From positions 224,001-288,000 of the forward strand of contig JBOEGF010000018.1 in assembly GCA_050633305.1 (NCBI GenBank): 64,000 nt of DNA. Reading direction: 5' to 3'. The position numbers and the translations under genes were made by a program. This document shows positions 19,120-28,293 of this stretch, one piece after another. This stretch comes from Nannocystales bacterium. GTDB lineage: Bacteria > Myxococcota_A > Polyangia > Nannocystales > Nannocystaceae. Under the pieces are notes generated by a model. That model saw only the letters and a list, made by a program, of their open reading frames with translations, ran no database searches and was not told the origin of the DNA. Within the stretch, counting starts at the first letter, position 1, and every line of letters begins with the position of its first letter.

Positions 19120-19149
19120 GTTGTATCTACGGCCGGCCTGGAGCGTCAA
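19120..19149 (-). promoter_or_regulatory. Putative sigma70 promoter of the E1a-E1b-E2-E3 operon
   Basis: Minus strand TTGACG-18 nt-TACAAC, about 65 nt upstream of ATG 19056. Confidence 0.55.
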
Positions 19150-19348
19150 GGCGCCACATGGGAGGCCCTGCAAGGGCGACCAGCGGAACCTCGACTGCGT
19201 TCCGATGATCCAAGCGTTGGCTCACGCTGTTCCGCCCACGCCGCGCGGGCCTGATCGCTCGCGTTTTACGTCGGGGCGCCGGCTTCGGCGCGCGGGACGA
19301 ATTGCGGACGCGCAGTCGCGTTCACGGTTCGGGCGTTCCCGGGATGCC

Positions 19349-20434
19349 TCACTGCGTGGGCTCTTGCTTGCGGACGCAGACCGCCATGTCGAGCGTCTCA
19401 CTCTTGATCGCCGTCCGGGCGGTTCCTGCCCTCCCGTGGACGACGAACGCGACGTCTTCCGCTTTGAGCGCTCGCGTTCGGGACCAGATCGCACCGTCTG
19501 GAAGGACCCGAGCTTTCGCGAGAACGTTGAGTTGCTTGGAACTGGGGGTTGTCCATCCTCGGACGCCGGCGTGTGTTCGTCCACGGCAAAGGTTCATCGC
19601 CGAGTACCAGTCGCGCGCGCGCTCGCTTGCAGCGTAGACCAGGTAGCCGCTGGCCGAGGTCACACGTTCGTGTCTGAGCGCCGCCGCGTCTTCCGAAGAC
19701 GGCGCGGATTGGGGAGGAGGCGGGGGCGGAGGCGGAGGCAACCGCGTGGGTTGGATGACCGGCGGGGCTTTGGGCGCGTCCGGGGCATCTGCGACGACGG
19801 CGGGCGCGGGGGCAGGTTCACTGAGCTCGGGCACGGGCGCAGGTGCCTCCTCGGATGGCCGGAACGCGAGCATGCCAAGTGCGGTGGTCATCGCTCCGAC
19901 AAGGGGCCAGATGAGCAACTGGGGTCGGAACGCCCGTGGTGAGCGCGCCGGGGCTGGCGTTGGGACCGGAGCCGGGGTCGTGGAGATGTCGACGACGTTT
20001 TCCTCGGCGCGTTCGAGCGGGTGGACGATTGGCGCCTCGATCGTCTCTTCGCACCGCAACGTTTTCATGCGGGCGCAAACCTGCCGGAACAGCGGCTGGG
20101 CACATCCCGCTCGTGTGCGGTCAACCCATGCGTGCTCGCGGTCGACCTCGCGGGCCAGCCGCGAGCGCAATACGGGGGTGTCGAGTTCGTCGGCGGCCGC
20201 GACCAGGAGCAGCGGCGGGCCCTCGCCCTGTAGTGCCTCTGCACAGGCCTGTGGCGAGGCCGGCACCAGACGAGTCTGATGGCCTTGCTCCCGGAGTAAG
20301 CGTGCCAAGCGGGTGGCGTCGAGTTGAGTAGGACGGCTGTAGATCAGCGCAACCTCGTGCTCCTGCGCGGGGTCGACCACCACCGAGGGGGCGGCGGGAA
20401 TGTTCGACGCGGCATGCACGGGCTTCTGCGACAT
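19349..20434 (-). CDS. Single-pass membrane protein: TIR-like N-domain, Pro-rich linkers, C-terminal DUF1566/Lcl-like domain
   Basis: N-terminal EVALIYSR..ATRLARLLREQG; TM LLIWPLVGAMTTALGMLAF; C-terminal DWYSAMNLC..G..GW..PS..QL..WS..AVCVR. Confidence 0.65.
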   Translation of the reverse strand: MSQKPVHAASNIPAAPSVVVDPAQEHEVALIYSRPTQLDATRLARLLREQGHQTRLVPASPQACAEALQGEGPPLLLVAAADELDTPVLRSRLAREVDREHAWVDRTRAGCAQPLFRQVCARMKTLRCEETIEAPIVHPLERAEENVVDISTTPAPVPTPAPARSPRAFRPQLLIWPLVGAMTTALGMLAFRPSEEAPAPVPELSEPAPAPAVVADAPDAPKAPPVIQPTRLPPPPPPPPPQSAPSSEDAAALRHERVTSASGYLVYAASERARDWYSAMNLCRGRTHAGVRGWTTPSSKQLNVLAKARVLPDGAIWSRTRALKAEDVAFVVHGRAGTARTAIKSETLDMAVCVRKQEPTQ

Positions 20435-20579
20435 CGTCCGAGTCCGGTGACGCTTGAGCGGGATGGGGGCGGACGTGCGGCCCAATAGGGGCTTGGCCCG
20501 AACGGGCTGACCCGTTGTGACCTGGGTGTCCCGCGGTCTGATGGTTGCCCCCGCGGTCAGCTGCTAGGCTGGTCCTGAG

Positions 20580-21332
20580 ATGCTGACCGTCGCATCACTG
20601 CTTGCCGCGATGACCATCGCAGGCGCATTCTGGGTGGGTGTTCTCGCGGCCCGACGCCTGCGCGACTGGGGAGAAGGGCGACGCGCGCTCGAGGAGGGAC
20701 ATGGACCACCCATGGCCCTTGCCGCCGCGGCCGGCGCTCCCCCGGACGACCCCTCCAGTCGTCGTGTTCGACAACTGGTTGCCGAACGCCTCGCCAACCC
20801 CCGCCGGAGGGCTGGCGCGGTCGCGCCCCGGCAGCTGGCCTCTTCTGATCCTGCCGCCCGGAGCGAGCTCGGTCTGAGCTCACTGCGACAAGGCGATGTT
20901 GTCGTTGTCGAGGCGGCGGACGGCGGGGCGGACGGCGACTACTTGACCGAAGGTGTGGTCCTGCTGCGAGAAGGCAACCACACCACCACCGTCGTCAACA
21001 TGGCGGATGGTTCTCGCCGACGGTGGCTCGTGGGGGGGTCTCATCTCGACGAGTGGTTCGTGCTCGAGCCGATCGCAGCCCATGGCCTCAGCGGTGAACC
21101 GCCACGCAACATCCGTCGCGACCGTGGCGACTACACGCTGCAACGTCGTGGGCAGGCGAGCGCGGCATGCACTGGACGGCACGAACGCCCCGAGCAACCC
21201 CGGGTGGCGAGCTACGTTTATGGGGGGTCGTCGCGCAACGTGCTGTGGCTGGAGCGCTGGGGGCACGAAGTGCTGATGGCCGAGGGCATCCGTCTCGAGG
21301 CCGAGTCCGTCTCGTTCCTCCCGGGAAGCTGA
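20580..21332 (+). CDS. DUF4178-like protein with N-terminal TM
   Basis: LRQGDVV, DG..RRWL, PP..I....Y.L..G.A, LERWG, C-terminal LPGS. Confidence 0.65.
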   Translation: MLTVASLLAAMTIAGAFWVGVLAARRLRDWGEGRRALEEGHGPPMALAAAAGAPPDDPSSRRVRQLVAERLANPRRRAGAVAPRQLASSDPAARSELGLSSLRQGDVVVVEAADGGADGDYLTEGVVLLREGNHTTTVVNMADGSRRRWLVGGSHLDEWFVLEPIAAHGLSGEPPRNIRRDRGDYTLQRRGQASAACTGRHERPEQPRVASYVYGGSSRNVLWLERWGHEVLMAEGIRLEAESVSFLPGS

Positions 21333-21336
21333 CCCG

Positions 21337-21549
21337 ATGGACCTCGATCTGGCGACGGCGCTGACCTGGCTGCTCCCATCCCTGCCGTTCGGGCTGGCGG
21401 GCTACGCCATCGTTTCCGGCAGGATTCCTGTTCGTCGCTGGATGTCGCCGGATGGGCAGCTGCGTAGGAACGCGCACCCGGTGAAGTACTGGATGTATGT
21501 CGCGATGCTGCTCCTGATCGGCGGCGTGTGGCTGTCGGCGGCCGGCTGA
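21337..21549 (+). CDS. Small two-TM protein
   Basis: 70 aa, 4 bp after the previous stop; R..HPVKYW followed by a hydrophobic helix. Confidence 0.6.
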   Translation: MDLDLATALTWLLPSLPFGLAGYAIVSGRIPVRRWMSPDGQLRRNAHPVKYWMYVAMLLLIGGVWLSAAG

Positions 21550-21595
21550 ACTCGTCGCTCCCGCCGAACGATGAGCCTGGGGCTGCTCTCGCGAA

Positions 21596-22423
21596 CTAGT
21601 CGCGCCGGCTCCGCAAGTCCGCACGCCGCTTCTGACCTCTGCGCCGGAACAGACTCCCGAGTGTGCTCGCGGATTCCGGGAACACGTCGACGAGCCGAGC
21701 CATCCATCCGCGGTGCCGGGGAAGAAACACCTCGAGCGGACGAGCGAGCATGGCTTCGAGCACCGCTGCCGCCACTTCGTCGGGGCTGAGTTCGCGAGAA
21801 CCGCTGAAGACCATGTCCGCTTGCTCGAAGGATTCTTGGCGGTCGAGCATCGGCGTTCGGACGGCGTCGGGGCAGACCACGGTGACCGCGACCCCCTTGC
21901 GGCGCAGTTCGCTGGAGGCGGCGAGGGAGAAACCACGCACGGCGTACTTGGTCGCGGAGTAGACCGCGATGCCCTCGACGGGCGCGAGGGCGGCCAAGGA
22001 GGCGACGTTGATGACATGCCCGCGCCGTCGCTCGACGAAGCCGGGCGTCACCGCTCGCATGCCCCGGATGACGCCCATCAGGTTCACGGCGACTTGCTGC
22101 TCCGCGTGTTCGAGGTCGAGGTCGTGGACCCAAGCGGGATGGATGACGCCCGCGACGTTGACGAGCGTGTCGAGCCCGCCCATCGCACCGACGGCGGCGT
22201 TCTCCGCGGCCGCCCATCGGGAGTCGTCGCGGACGTCGAGGGCGGCGGTGTGGATTCTGTCATCCGGCCATCCGCGATCCTGCGCCACTGCACGTAGGGC
22301 TTCCCCATCCGCATCCGTTGCGAAAACCGAGGCGCCGGCTGCGGCCAAGCGATCTGTGAGAGCGAGCCCGATCCCGCTCGCAGACCCGGTGACCAGGACT
22401 TTGAACGCACGGTGCGTACCCAT
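21596..22423 (-). CDS. Short-chain dehydrogenase/reductase
   Basis: TGSASGIG, NVAG, NVAS, YSATK. Confidence 0.95.
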   Translation of the reverse strand: MGTHRAFKVLVTGSASGIGLALTDRLAAAGASVFATDADGEALRAVAQDRGWPDDRIHTAALDVRDDSRWAAAENAAVGAMGGLDTLVNVAGVIHPAWVHDLDLEHAEQQVAVNLMGVIRGMRAVTPGFVERRRGHVINVASLAALAPVEGIAVYSATKYAVRGFSLAASSELRRKGVAVTVVCPDAVRTPMLDRQESFEQADMVFSGSRELSPDEVAAAVLEAMLARPLEVFLPRHRGWMARLVDVFPESASTLGSLFRRRGQKRRADLRSRRD

Positions 22424-22480
22424 AGGAGTACGCTACCGCGTTTTGACCGCATCTGCGTGGCGTGCAACCATCAGCGCCAC

Positions 22481-22789
22481 ATGGACACGGTCAAGGGGCT
22501 GTTCGGCTACGTCGTGCTCGGGGTCTGCTTGTTGCTGGCCTACCAGGGCTATCAGAACACCTCAGACCCGGAGGGTACGGAGTCGCTCGCCAAGTCCGTG
22601 GCGTGCGATGTCGACTCGCGATGCGTCCTCAAAGGAGAGCGACCGCGGGAGATTCGCTCGGACGTGTTGGGCCGTTACTACGACTGGAAGACGACCGTGG
22701 GTCCAGTCGAGGTCACGTGCCGCCGTGAGCTGTGGTTCTTCGGCGAGTGGACCTGCTCGTCGGCCAAGCCCGAGCCGGCTTCGCTGTGA
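22481..22789 (+). CDS. Small exported or membrane-anchored Cys-containing hypothetical protein
   Basis: MDTVKGLFGYVVLGVCLLLAY anchor, 4 Cys in the soluble part, TTGACC-17-AACCAT upstream. Confidence 0.65.
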   Translation: MDTVKGLFGYVVLGVCLLLAYQGYQNTSDPEGTESLAKSVACDVDSRCVLKGERPREIRSDVLGRYYDWKTTVGPVEVTCRRELWFFGEWTCSSAKPEPASL

Positions 22790-22833
22790 GCCGAAGGCTC
22801 GGCCGGCCCAGTGGGGACCGGCCGAGACCGACT

Positions 22834-25800
22834 CTAGGGGAGGTCGGCCGGCTCTCGAGCTTCGGGGGTTGGAGGCAGATCGTTGCAGGCCTCCTTAGTC
22901 CAACATCGCGACTGAAGCGGGTCGGTGTTGGGCTCGAGCATGAACGTGCCGAGCATGTGGAACATCGCCCACCCGACGTCGTAGCTCTCGCCGACCACAG
23001 CGTTGGCCGAGCAGGAGTCTTCGACGTCTGGGTCGCACAGCTCGAGCGCCCAGTCGCTCATCTGACCCGGAAGAGCGAAGCCGTGTTGTCCCTGCGGGAT
23101 GGCGTAGGGGAAGACCGCGCCAGAGTAGCCTCTCGTGTCGTTGCCGAACGAATCTTGGGTGCTGACCAAGTGCAGCGGTTCTTCGAGGCGCGGAATGTTG
23201 TCGCCCCAGATGTCATCGCCTTCACTGAAGGACTCGACATCCATGTGGACGCCGAGCGATCCGTCGAGTCCGAGCAGCGACCGGTCTTCGTCGCTCTCGG
23301 GGGGGTTGGTGTACTCGTAGCGACGGAAGATGTTGATCGCCTCCGCGCTATGGGTGTCGAGCAGGACCTGGTTGGGCGGGACGCCCCACCGAGGGTCGGG
23401 ATCGAGGTAGTTCACCGCGCCTGCCGCTCGGGCGACGGTGACCCCGGAGTGTGCGGGGACGCTCATGTCACCGGTGGTGGTGACGATGAGGTAGCGGGCA
23501 CCCGTTTCATCCCCGGTTCCCGGGTAGACGAGCGAGTCGCGGGAAAGGTATCGGCTGACCACGCCGGGGTCGGTCGGGTCGAGGACCATCTGGCCCAAGT
23601 CCATGAATCGACGCAGGGCCGGACGGTTACGCTCGAGTCCGAGTCCTTCGGCGAGTGCGATCAGGTCGCCGCCGGGGACGGGAATGCCCTCGATGGTGTA
23701 CGGGGTGCCGTCCTCGTGGATGGGCGTCTCCATCTGGTCGATGACCAACAGAGGCTCACCCGGGTCTTCGATCAACTCGCACTCCTCGCTGCCGGTCTCG
23801 AGTACGGGTCCTCGGTACAGCGCAATCTCGACGCCGTCGCCAAGGTCGCTGGGGAGGGAGATGCGAGCCCGCCCTGCGACGCCGTTGTCGTCCGCGTCGG
23901 GCAGGATGTACGCACACGCGACCTCCTCGTTGACCATGTTGGTGACGACCATCGTGTCACCAGGCTGCAGGCCGGGATCGGAACCCGGTCGACCCTCGGC
24001 GTCGACAGCTGAGGGCGGGACGAGGCGGCGGATCGGGATGTCGGTGAGGCTGTTGAGCTCGGTGAACTGGGTGAAGATGTCGGCCGAGCCATCATCCGCA
24101 ACGGTGATCTGATACGTGGGCCCGATGACACGCATCATCACGGCTTGAGGGACGCCGCCCTGCATCGAGCGGGCGCCCACGTCCGCCAGGCGAGCGCCAC
24201 CGGCGATGGGCACGATGGCTTCGATCTCGGGCTCCACGGCACCGAGCGTTGTCGCCATGATGCCCCCAAGAGAGGCGCCTAACATGTAGATCGGAGACTC
24301 GCTGCCGATGTCGACGAAGCCGTCTCCGTCGAAGTCGCCGGCGAGGTCGTCTTCCACGCCGTTGCCATTGACGTCCCAAGCCCATGTCTTGGTGCCGTCC
24401 CACGTCCGTACCGTGCGGATGAGCTGCATGTAGTCCAAGGACGACTGCCGCATCATGTCGCGGGTGTGGAAGAGATACGAGGTCCAGAAATCGACCCCGC
24501 TGTCGACGACGCCGTCGCGGTCGAGGTCTTGGAAGCGGCGCATCGTGCCGTCGGGCTCTTCGACGAACCCACCACGCACGAACTCGAGGGCTTCAGCGCT
24601 GGGGCCAAGGCCCGCGGTGTCGAGGAAACCGCGGAGCAGGTCACCCTCGTCCGGGTTGAGCCCCAGGCCGTGGCTGACGTTGTCGGTCGAGATCGTGGCC
24701 ATGCCGAACATCGACAAGAAGCCCGAGAACCCGATCATTTCGCCGACGCGGTTGCTGCCGTAGCCGTGGCCGAGCAGGACGATGGGCGCCATCTTGCCTT
24801 CGCCACGCGCTGAGACCTCTTTGCGGGGCAGCACCGCCCAGAACGGAACCTCCTCGGCACGCGCTCCCACCGGGGTGCGGTCCAGGTCGTGTGGCCAGGA
24901 CTGAAGGTCGAGGTTGAGCGGCTTGCCGTCTTCGTCGAACCGGTCGAACAACTGCGGCGACTGGTACGTGCCCATCGCGTGGAAGTCGACGTAGGAGTGA
25001 CCGTCGAGCATCGCCGTCGCCTGTTGCGACCCCAGCTCCAGGTCGAGCAGCGCGGTGCCGGCGAGCGTCAGAACACCAACCCAATCCTCGTGATGCATCA
25101 CGTAGGGGGTGCGTCCCTCGAAGCGGGTGCCGGGCTCGGTTTCCTTGAGCTTGAACAGCTGAGCGAGTTCGGGAGCGAACTCGTCCGCGATGTGGGACTG
25201 GACGCCGTGGCCATAGAGGCCGTCTCGAACCGCAACCCAGTCGTCGGCGGCCGACATCGTCGTGTAGGGAAACGCGAACGCGATGTCGGACTCGCTGAGC
25301 CCCTCGGGTAGCACCTCGAGCAAGGGCTCGAGAGCTTGGGTTTGCCCCGCGTGGTTGACGTAGTTGAAGGGCGAGCCGACGGGCTCTCCGTTTTCGTCGC
25401 GGACTCGCCGGGTCACGACCATCGCGTACGTGGTCTGCTCGCGCAGCGGCATCATGGGCTTGGCGATGACGGTGTTCGTCTCGCGCTCGTAGAAGCTCAT
25501 GAGGGCATCCGCGCGGCCGGCTAGGTCGTCGGCGGTGGGGTTGCGACCGGGCAGATAGTTCGGTTTGTCGAGAATGCCGTCTGCGTCGGTGTCCTCGGGA
25601 AGGTCGAGCACGCCGTTGCCGTTGATGTCTTCGCCCGCATCGAGCACGCCGTTGTGGTTGGCGTCCTCGCCGGGGTCGAGTTTGCCGTTGCCGTTGAGAT
25701 CCTCGTCGGTCTCCTCGAACATCAGCGACAAAGAACCGGCGCGGGGATCGTTCGTCCCGTACCGGTCGTTGCGTTCCAGCGTGACCGGGTAGTTGCCGTT

Positions 25801-26250
25801 GCCAAAGTCGAGGTGCACCAGCTCGCCGAACTCGTCCGAGTCGCGGTCGATGTTGATCAAGTAGATCGCGTCGTCGCTGGTGTCGTAGTCCGCATCGTCA
25901 TGGCGGTTGATGATCGACATGGGATCGATGGGCCCGGTGAACGGGACGGAGATCGCCTGGTACAGGCCCCATCCGTCGAGTTCGTCGATCAACCGACGCG
26001 TTCGCTGCTCCATCACGCTTGGCGCGATCATCGAGGCATTGACCCGCCTGCCGGTCCGCGAGTGGTCGTCCGGCCGGGTCGCGATGTCGTTGGGCAGCGG
26101 GATCTCGGGCAGCGGACGCGCGTCGAAGTCGAACTTCACGGTCACGTCCGCGTCCTGTGCCAGCAGAAGACCTTCGGCCGGACTACAGCCGGCGAGAGCC
26201 ACCAGCGACAGTCCCCACACCCACGAACGCATCGGTTTACGGCTACGCAT
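22834..26250 (-). CDS. Large lipoprotein alpha/beta-hydrolase (lipase-like) with Ca-binding-type repeats
   Basis: Lipobox LAGC; IPLPNDIATR N-domain; GHGYG oxyanion segment; GASLGG nucleophile elbow; QHGF. Confidence 0.8.
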   Translation of the reverse strand: MRSRKPMRSWVWGLSLVALAGCSPAEGLLLAQDADVTVKFDFDARPLPEIPLPNDIATRPDDHSRTGRRVNASMIAPSVMEQRTRRLIDELDGWGLYQAISVPFTGPIDPMSIINRHDDADYDTSDDAIYLINIDRDSDEFGELVHLDFGNGNYPVTLERNDRYGTNDPRAGSLSLMFEETDEDLNGNGKLDPGEDANHNGVLDAGEDINGNGVLDLPEDTDADGILDKPNYLPGRNPTADDLAGRADALMSFYERETNTVIAKPMMPLREQTTYAMVVTRRVRDENGEPVGSPFNYVNHAGQTQALEPLLEVLPEGLSESDIAFAFPYTTMSAADDWVAVRDGLYGHGVQSHIADEFAPELAQLFKLKETEPGTRFEGRTPYVMHHEDWVGVLTLAGTALLDLELGSQQATAMLDGHSYVDFHAMGTYQSPQLFDRFDEDGKPLNLDLQSWPHDLDRTPVGARAEEVPFWAVLPRKEVSARGEGKMAPIVLLGHGYGSNRVGEMIGFSGFLSMFGMATISTDNVSHGLGLNPDEGDLLRGFLDTAGLGPSAEALEFVRGGFVEEPDGTMRRFQDLDRDGVVDSGVDFWTSYLFHTRDMMRQSSLDYMQLIRTVRTWDGTKTWAWDVNGNGVEDDLAGDFDGDGFVDIGSESPIYMLGASLGGIMATTLGAVEPEIEAIVPIAGGARLADVGARSMQGGVPQAVMMRVIGPTYQITVADDGSADIFTQFTELNSLTDIPIRRLVPPSAVDAEGRPGSDPGLQPGDTMVVTNMVNEEVACAYILPDADDNGVAGRARISLPSDLGDGVEIALYRGPVLETGSEECELIEDPGEPLLVIDQMETPIHEDGTPYTIEGIPVPGGDLIALAEGLGLERNRPALRRFMDLGQMVLDPTDPGVVSRYLSRDSLVYPGTGDETGARYLIVTTTGDMSVPAHSGVTVARAAGAVNYLDPDPRWGVPPNQVLLDTHSAEAINIFRRYEYTNPPESDEDRSLLGLDGSLGVHMDVESFSEGDDIWGDNIPRLEEPLHLVSTQDSFGNDTRGYSGAVFPYAIPQGQHGFALPGQMSDWALELCDPDVEDSCSANAVVGESYDVGWAMFHMLGTFMLEPNTDPLQSRCWTKEACNDLPPTPEAREPADLP
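25567..25707 (-). repeat. Four 12-aa EDxNxNGxLD repeats (36-nt period), likely Ca2+-binding
   Basis: EDLNGNGKLDPG / EDANHNGVLDAG / EDINGNGVLDLP / EDTDADGILD. Confidence 0.75.
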
Positions 26251-26462
26251 GACGAGTTGCGCTTATACCGCGGGTTGGGGGCTGTTGGTCAGAGCGGGGT
26301 TCTCGCCGCTGCGTGAGCGAACGGAGGACACAGCTTGGTCTGCGTCGGACAACACCGAGCCGAACTGCGGTGTCCAGCCCGCGCAACGGCCCGGTGCCGC
26401 TGAAAAGTCTCGCGGCTGTGGTCGCTAGGCCTCAGGGAGGGCCGAGCCGTACGTGGAACCGC

Positions 26463-28280
26463 TTAGTAGCGGATCTCGGTGCGGAACCAGACCGCACCCA
26501 CGGGTCCGTCGGTGTTGCCGACGTCGTTCGCAATTCCGGCGCCCGGAAGCAGGAGTCCACCTTGCAGGCCGGCCTGCAGCCAGAACTTGTTGATGTCGAA
26601 GCGCGCGCGGATTCCGAGGTCGAGCTCGGTCCCGTAGTAGCGCTTGTCTCCATCGCCCGCCACGGAGTTGGTGGGGGTGCCACCCTCGAGGCGGGTGACG
26701 AAGGGATCCACAACGGGGACGGGCGCGGCGGCGAACAGAGGCCCGCCCCAGATCTCCAGCCGCTCCCAAAGGGAGTAGCGGAACTTGGGATGCGCGTACA
26801 AGGCGTTGCTCACCCCGCCGCGGGTGGGGATGAACTGGGTGCCGTTGAGCGGGACACCGGTGAGCTCGCCATCCGTCGCGAGCATCTCGCTGCGGGCACT
26901 TCGCCAGCCTTGAACCTGTTTGAACAGGACCAGGCCCGCGGTGTGACCAGCGTCGAACGTGAAGTTGTTGATCCGGCGGTCGGTTGGGTTGGGGTCACCG
27001 CTGGCGTAGCCCAGGTCGGCTCCCAACAGCCAGGTGTCGTGGTCGCCGAAGAACCCTCGCGCGACCGCGCCGCCCTGTCGGATCTTGTGGGTGCCGTGTT
27101 CGTCGCGCGCGATGGTGGTGCGTCCGGCGATGAAGGTGCTCTCGAACGCCCCGATGAGCTGCATGTCGTCGCGCAGCCACTTGGTGCCCTGGCCGGCGAT
27201 GTTGAACGCGCCGACTTCGAGGTCGTTGTCGTTGGCGTACAGGTCACCATCATCCGCGGTCGTTTGGTTGCGATAGACCGCGTAACCGCCGATCCAGTTG
27301 GTGGGGGTCTTCTCCGGCTGGTACCGGACGATCACCAACGCTTGTCCGGTGAGGTCGCCGTCGGTCAGGACGGAACGCTCGTCCCGGAAGACGATGTCGC
27401 CGCCGAACCCGATGGCCAAGTGTTTGATTTTGCCCGCGCGGTAGGAGAACGGCTTGGTCACGAAGAGCAGGCGCTCGTAGATGTCGCCCGGTCCGTCGTC
27501 GCCAAACTTCATGTCCCCGAAACGGTCGAGGTTGTTGCCGTCGTTGGCCAGAATGCCCTGGCCCCATGTGAAGGATTGCTGACCCAGACGGATCAGGCCG
27601 AACGGTAGACGTGCTTCGAAGTAGAGCTCGCGGGGGTCGACGATGGTCAGGTCGGTGCGGTCCGGCGGGTGGCCGCGGTCGATGATCTCGTCGATGACCG
27701 GGTCCTCGCTGCCCGAAGGAGCCCAGCGCCCGTTGGCCAGGTCGAGCATGCCGACGAAGCGGAACTTCTTGCGGATCTCCAGCTTGGGATTCCAGCGGAT
27801 CCGTCCGGTGGAGAACCCTCCCTCGTCGTACGTCTCGCCGTTGCGATCGAGGGTGAACTGATCCACCCAACCGATCTGGTTGCGGACTTGAATGCCGGGG
27901 TAAAACTTGACCCTGCGTTTGCCGATGGAGGCGACCTCGTCGGCGGGGACCCCGGCCACGGTGGTGAGCGCACGAGGGGCCTCGCGCCGGACCTTCAGTG
28001 CTGGCTGGGCTGCAGGCGGCTGGGCGGCGGGTGGGGTGGCAGCGGGGGCTGACTCCGGTTTGGGCTCTGCCTCCGGTGTTGCTTCCGGCTCTTGTGCGCG
28101 CCCGGCCATGTCGGCTTCGGGTGCGGGCGTGGGCACCGCTGTGGCGCCCTCGTAGCCGCGACCCTGATCGCCCTGCGAGGGGGCGCCGGGCTCAGTGGGC
28201 TCGGCGGTCGTCGCTGGGGCGTCGGTAGACGCGGTTGCAGGTGCAGCTACAGCGAGGCAGAGCAGAGCCGATGCGAGCAT
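26463..28280 (-). CDS. Predicted outer-membrane beta-barrel protein with Pro/Ala-rich N-terminal region
   Basis: Signal peptide; amphipathic beta-strands (IRLGQQSFTWGQGIL, LGADLGYASGD, YYGTELDLGIR); aromatic C-terminus WFRTEIRY. Confidence 0.8.
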   Translation of the reverse strand: MLASALLCLAVAAPATASTDAPATTAEPTEPGAPSQGDQGRGYEGATAVPTPAPEADMAGRAQEPEATPEAEPKPESAPAATPPAAQPPAAQPALKVRREAPRALTTVAGVPADEVASIGKRRVKFYPGIQVRNQIGWVDQFTLDRNGETYDEGGFSTGRIRWNPKLEIRKKFRFVGMLDLANGRWAPSGSEDPVIDEIIDRGHPPDRTDLTIVDPRELYFEARLPFGLIRLGQQSFTWGQGILANDGNNLDRFGDMKFGDDGPGDIYERLLFVTKPFSYRAGKIKHLAIGFGGDIVFRDERSVLTDGDLTGQALVIVRYQPEKTPTNWIGGYAVYRNQTTADDGDLYANDNDLEVGAFNIAGQGTKWLRDDMQLIGAFESTFIAGRTTIARDEHGTHKIRQGGAVARGFFGDHDTWLLGADLGYASGDPNPTDRRINNFTFDAGHTAGLVLFKQVQGWRSARSEMLATDGELTGVPLNGTQFIPTRGGVSNALYAHPKFRYSLWERLEIWGGPLFAAAPVPVVDPFVTRLEGGTPTNSVAGDGDKRYYGTELDLGIRARFDINKFWLQAGLQGGLLLPGAGIANDVGNTDGPVGAVWFRTEIRY

Positions 28281-28293
28281 CCCGCGGACGCTA

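Noticed and set aside
19060..19345. Several short hairpins (CGC-GAAA-GCG, GCCC-TGCAA-GGGC, GCGCCG-GCTT-CGGCGC) suggesting an ncRNA
   Set aside because: Stems are short, the region contains the operon promoter, and it matches no RNA family I recognise.
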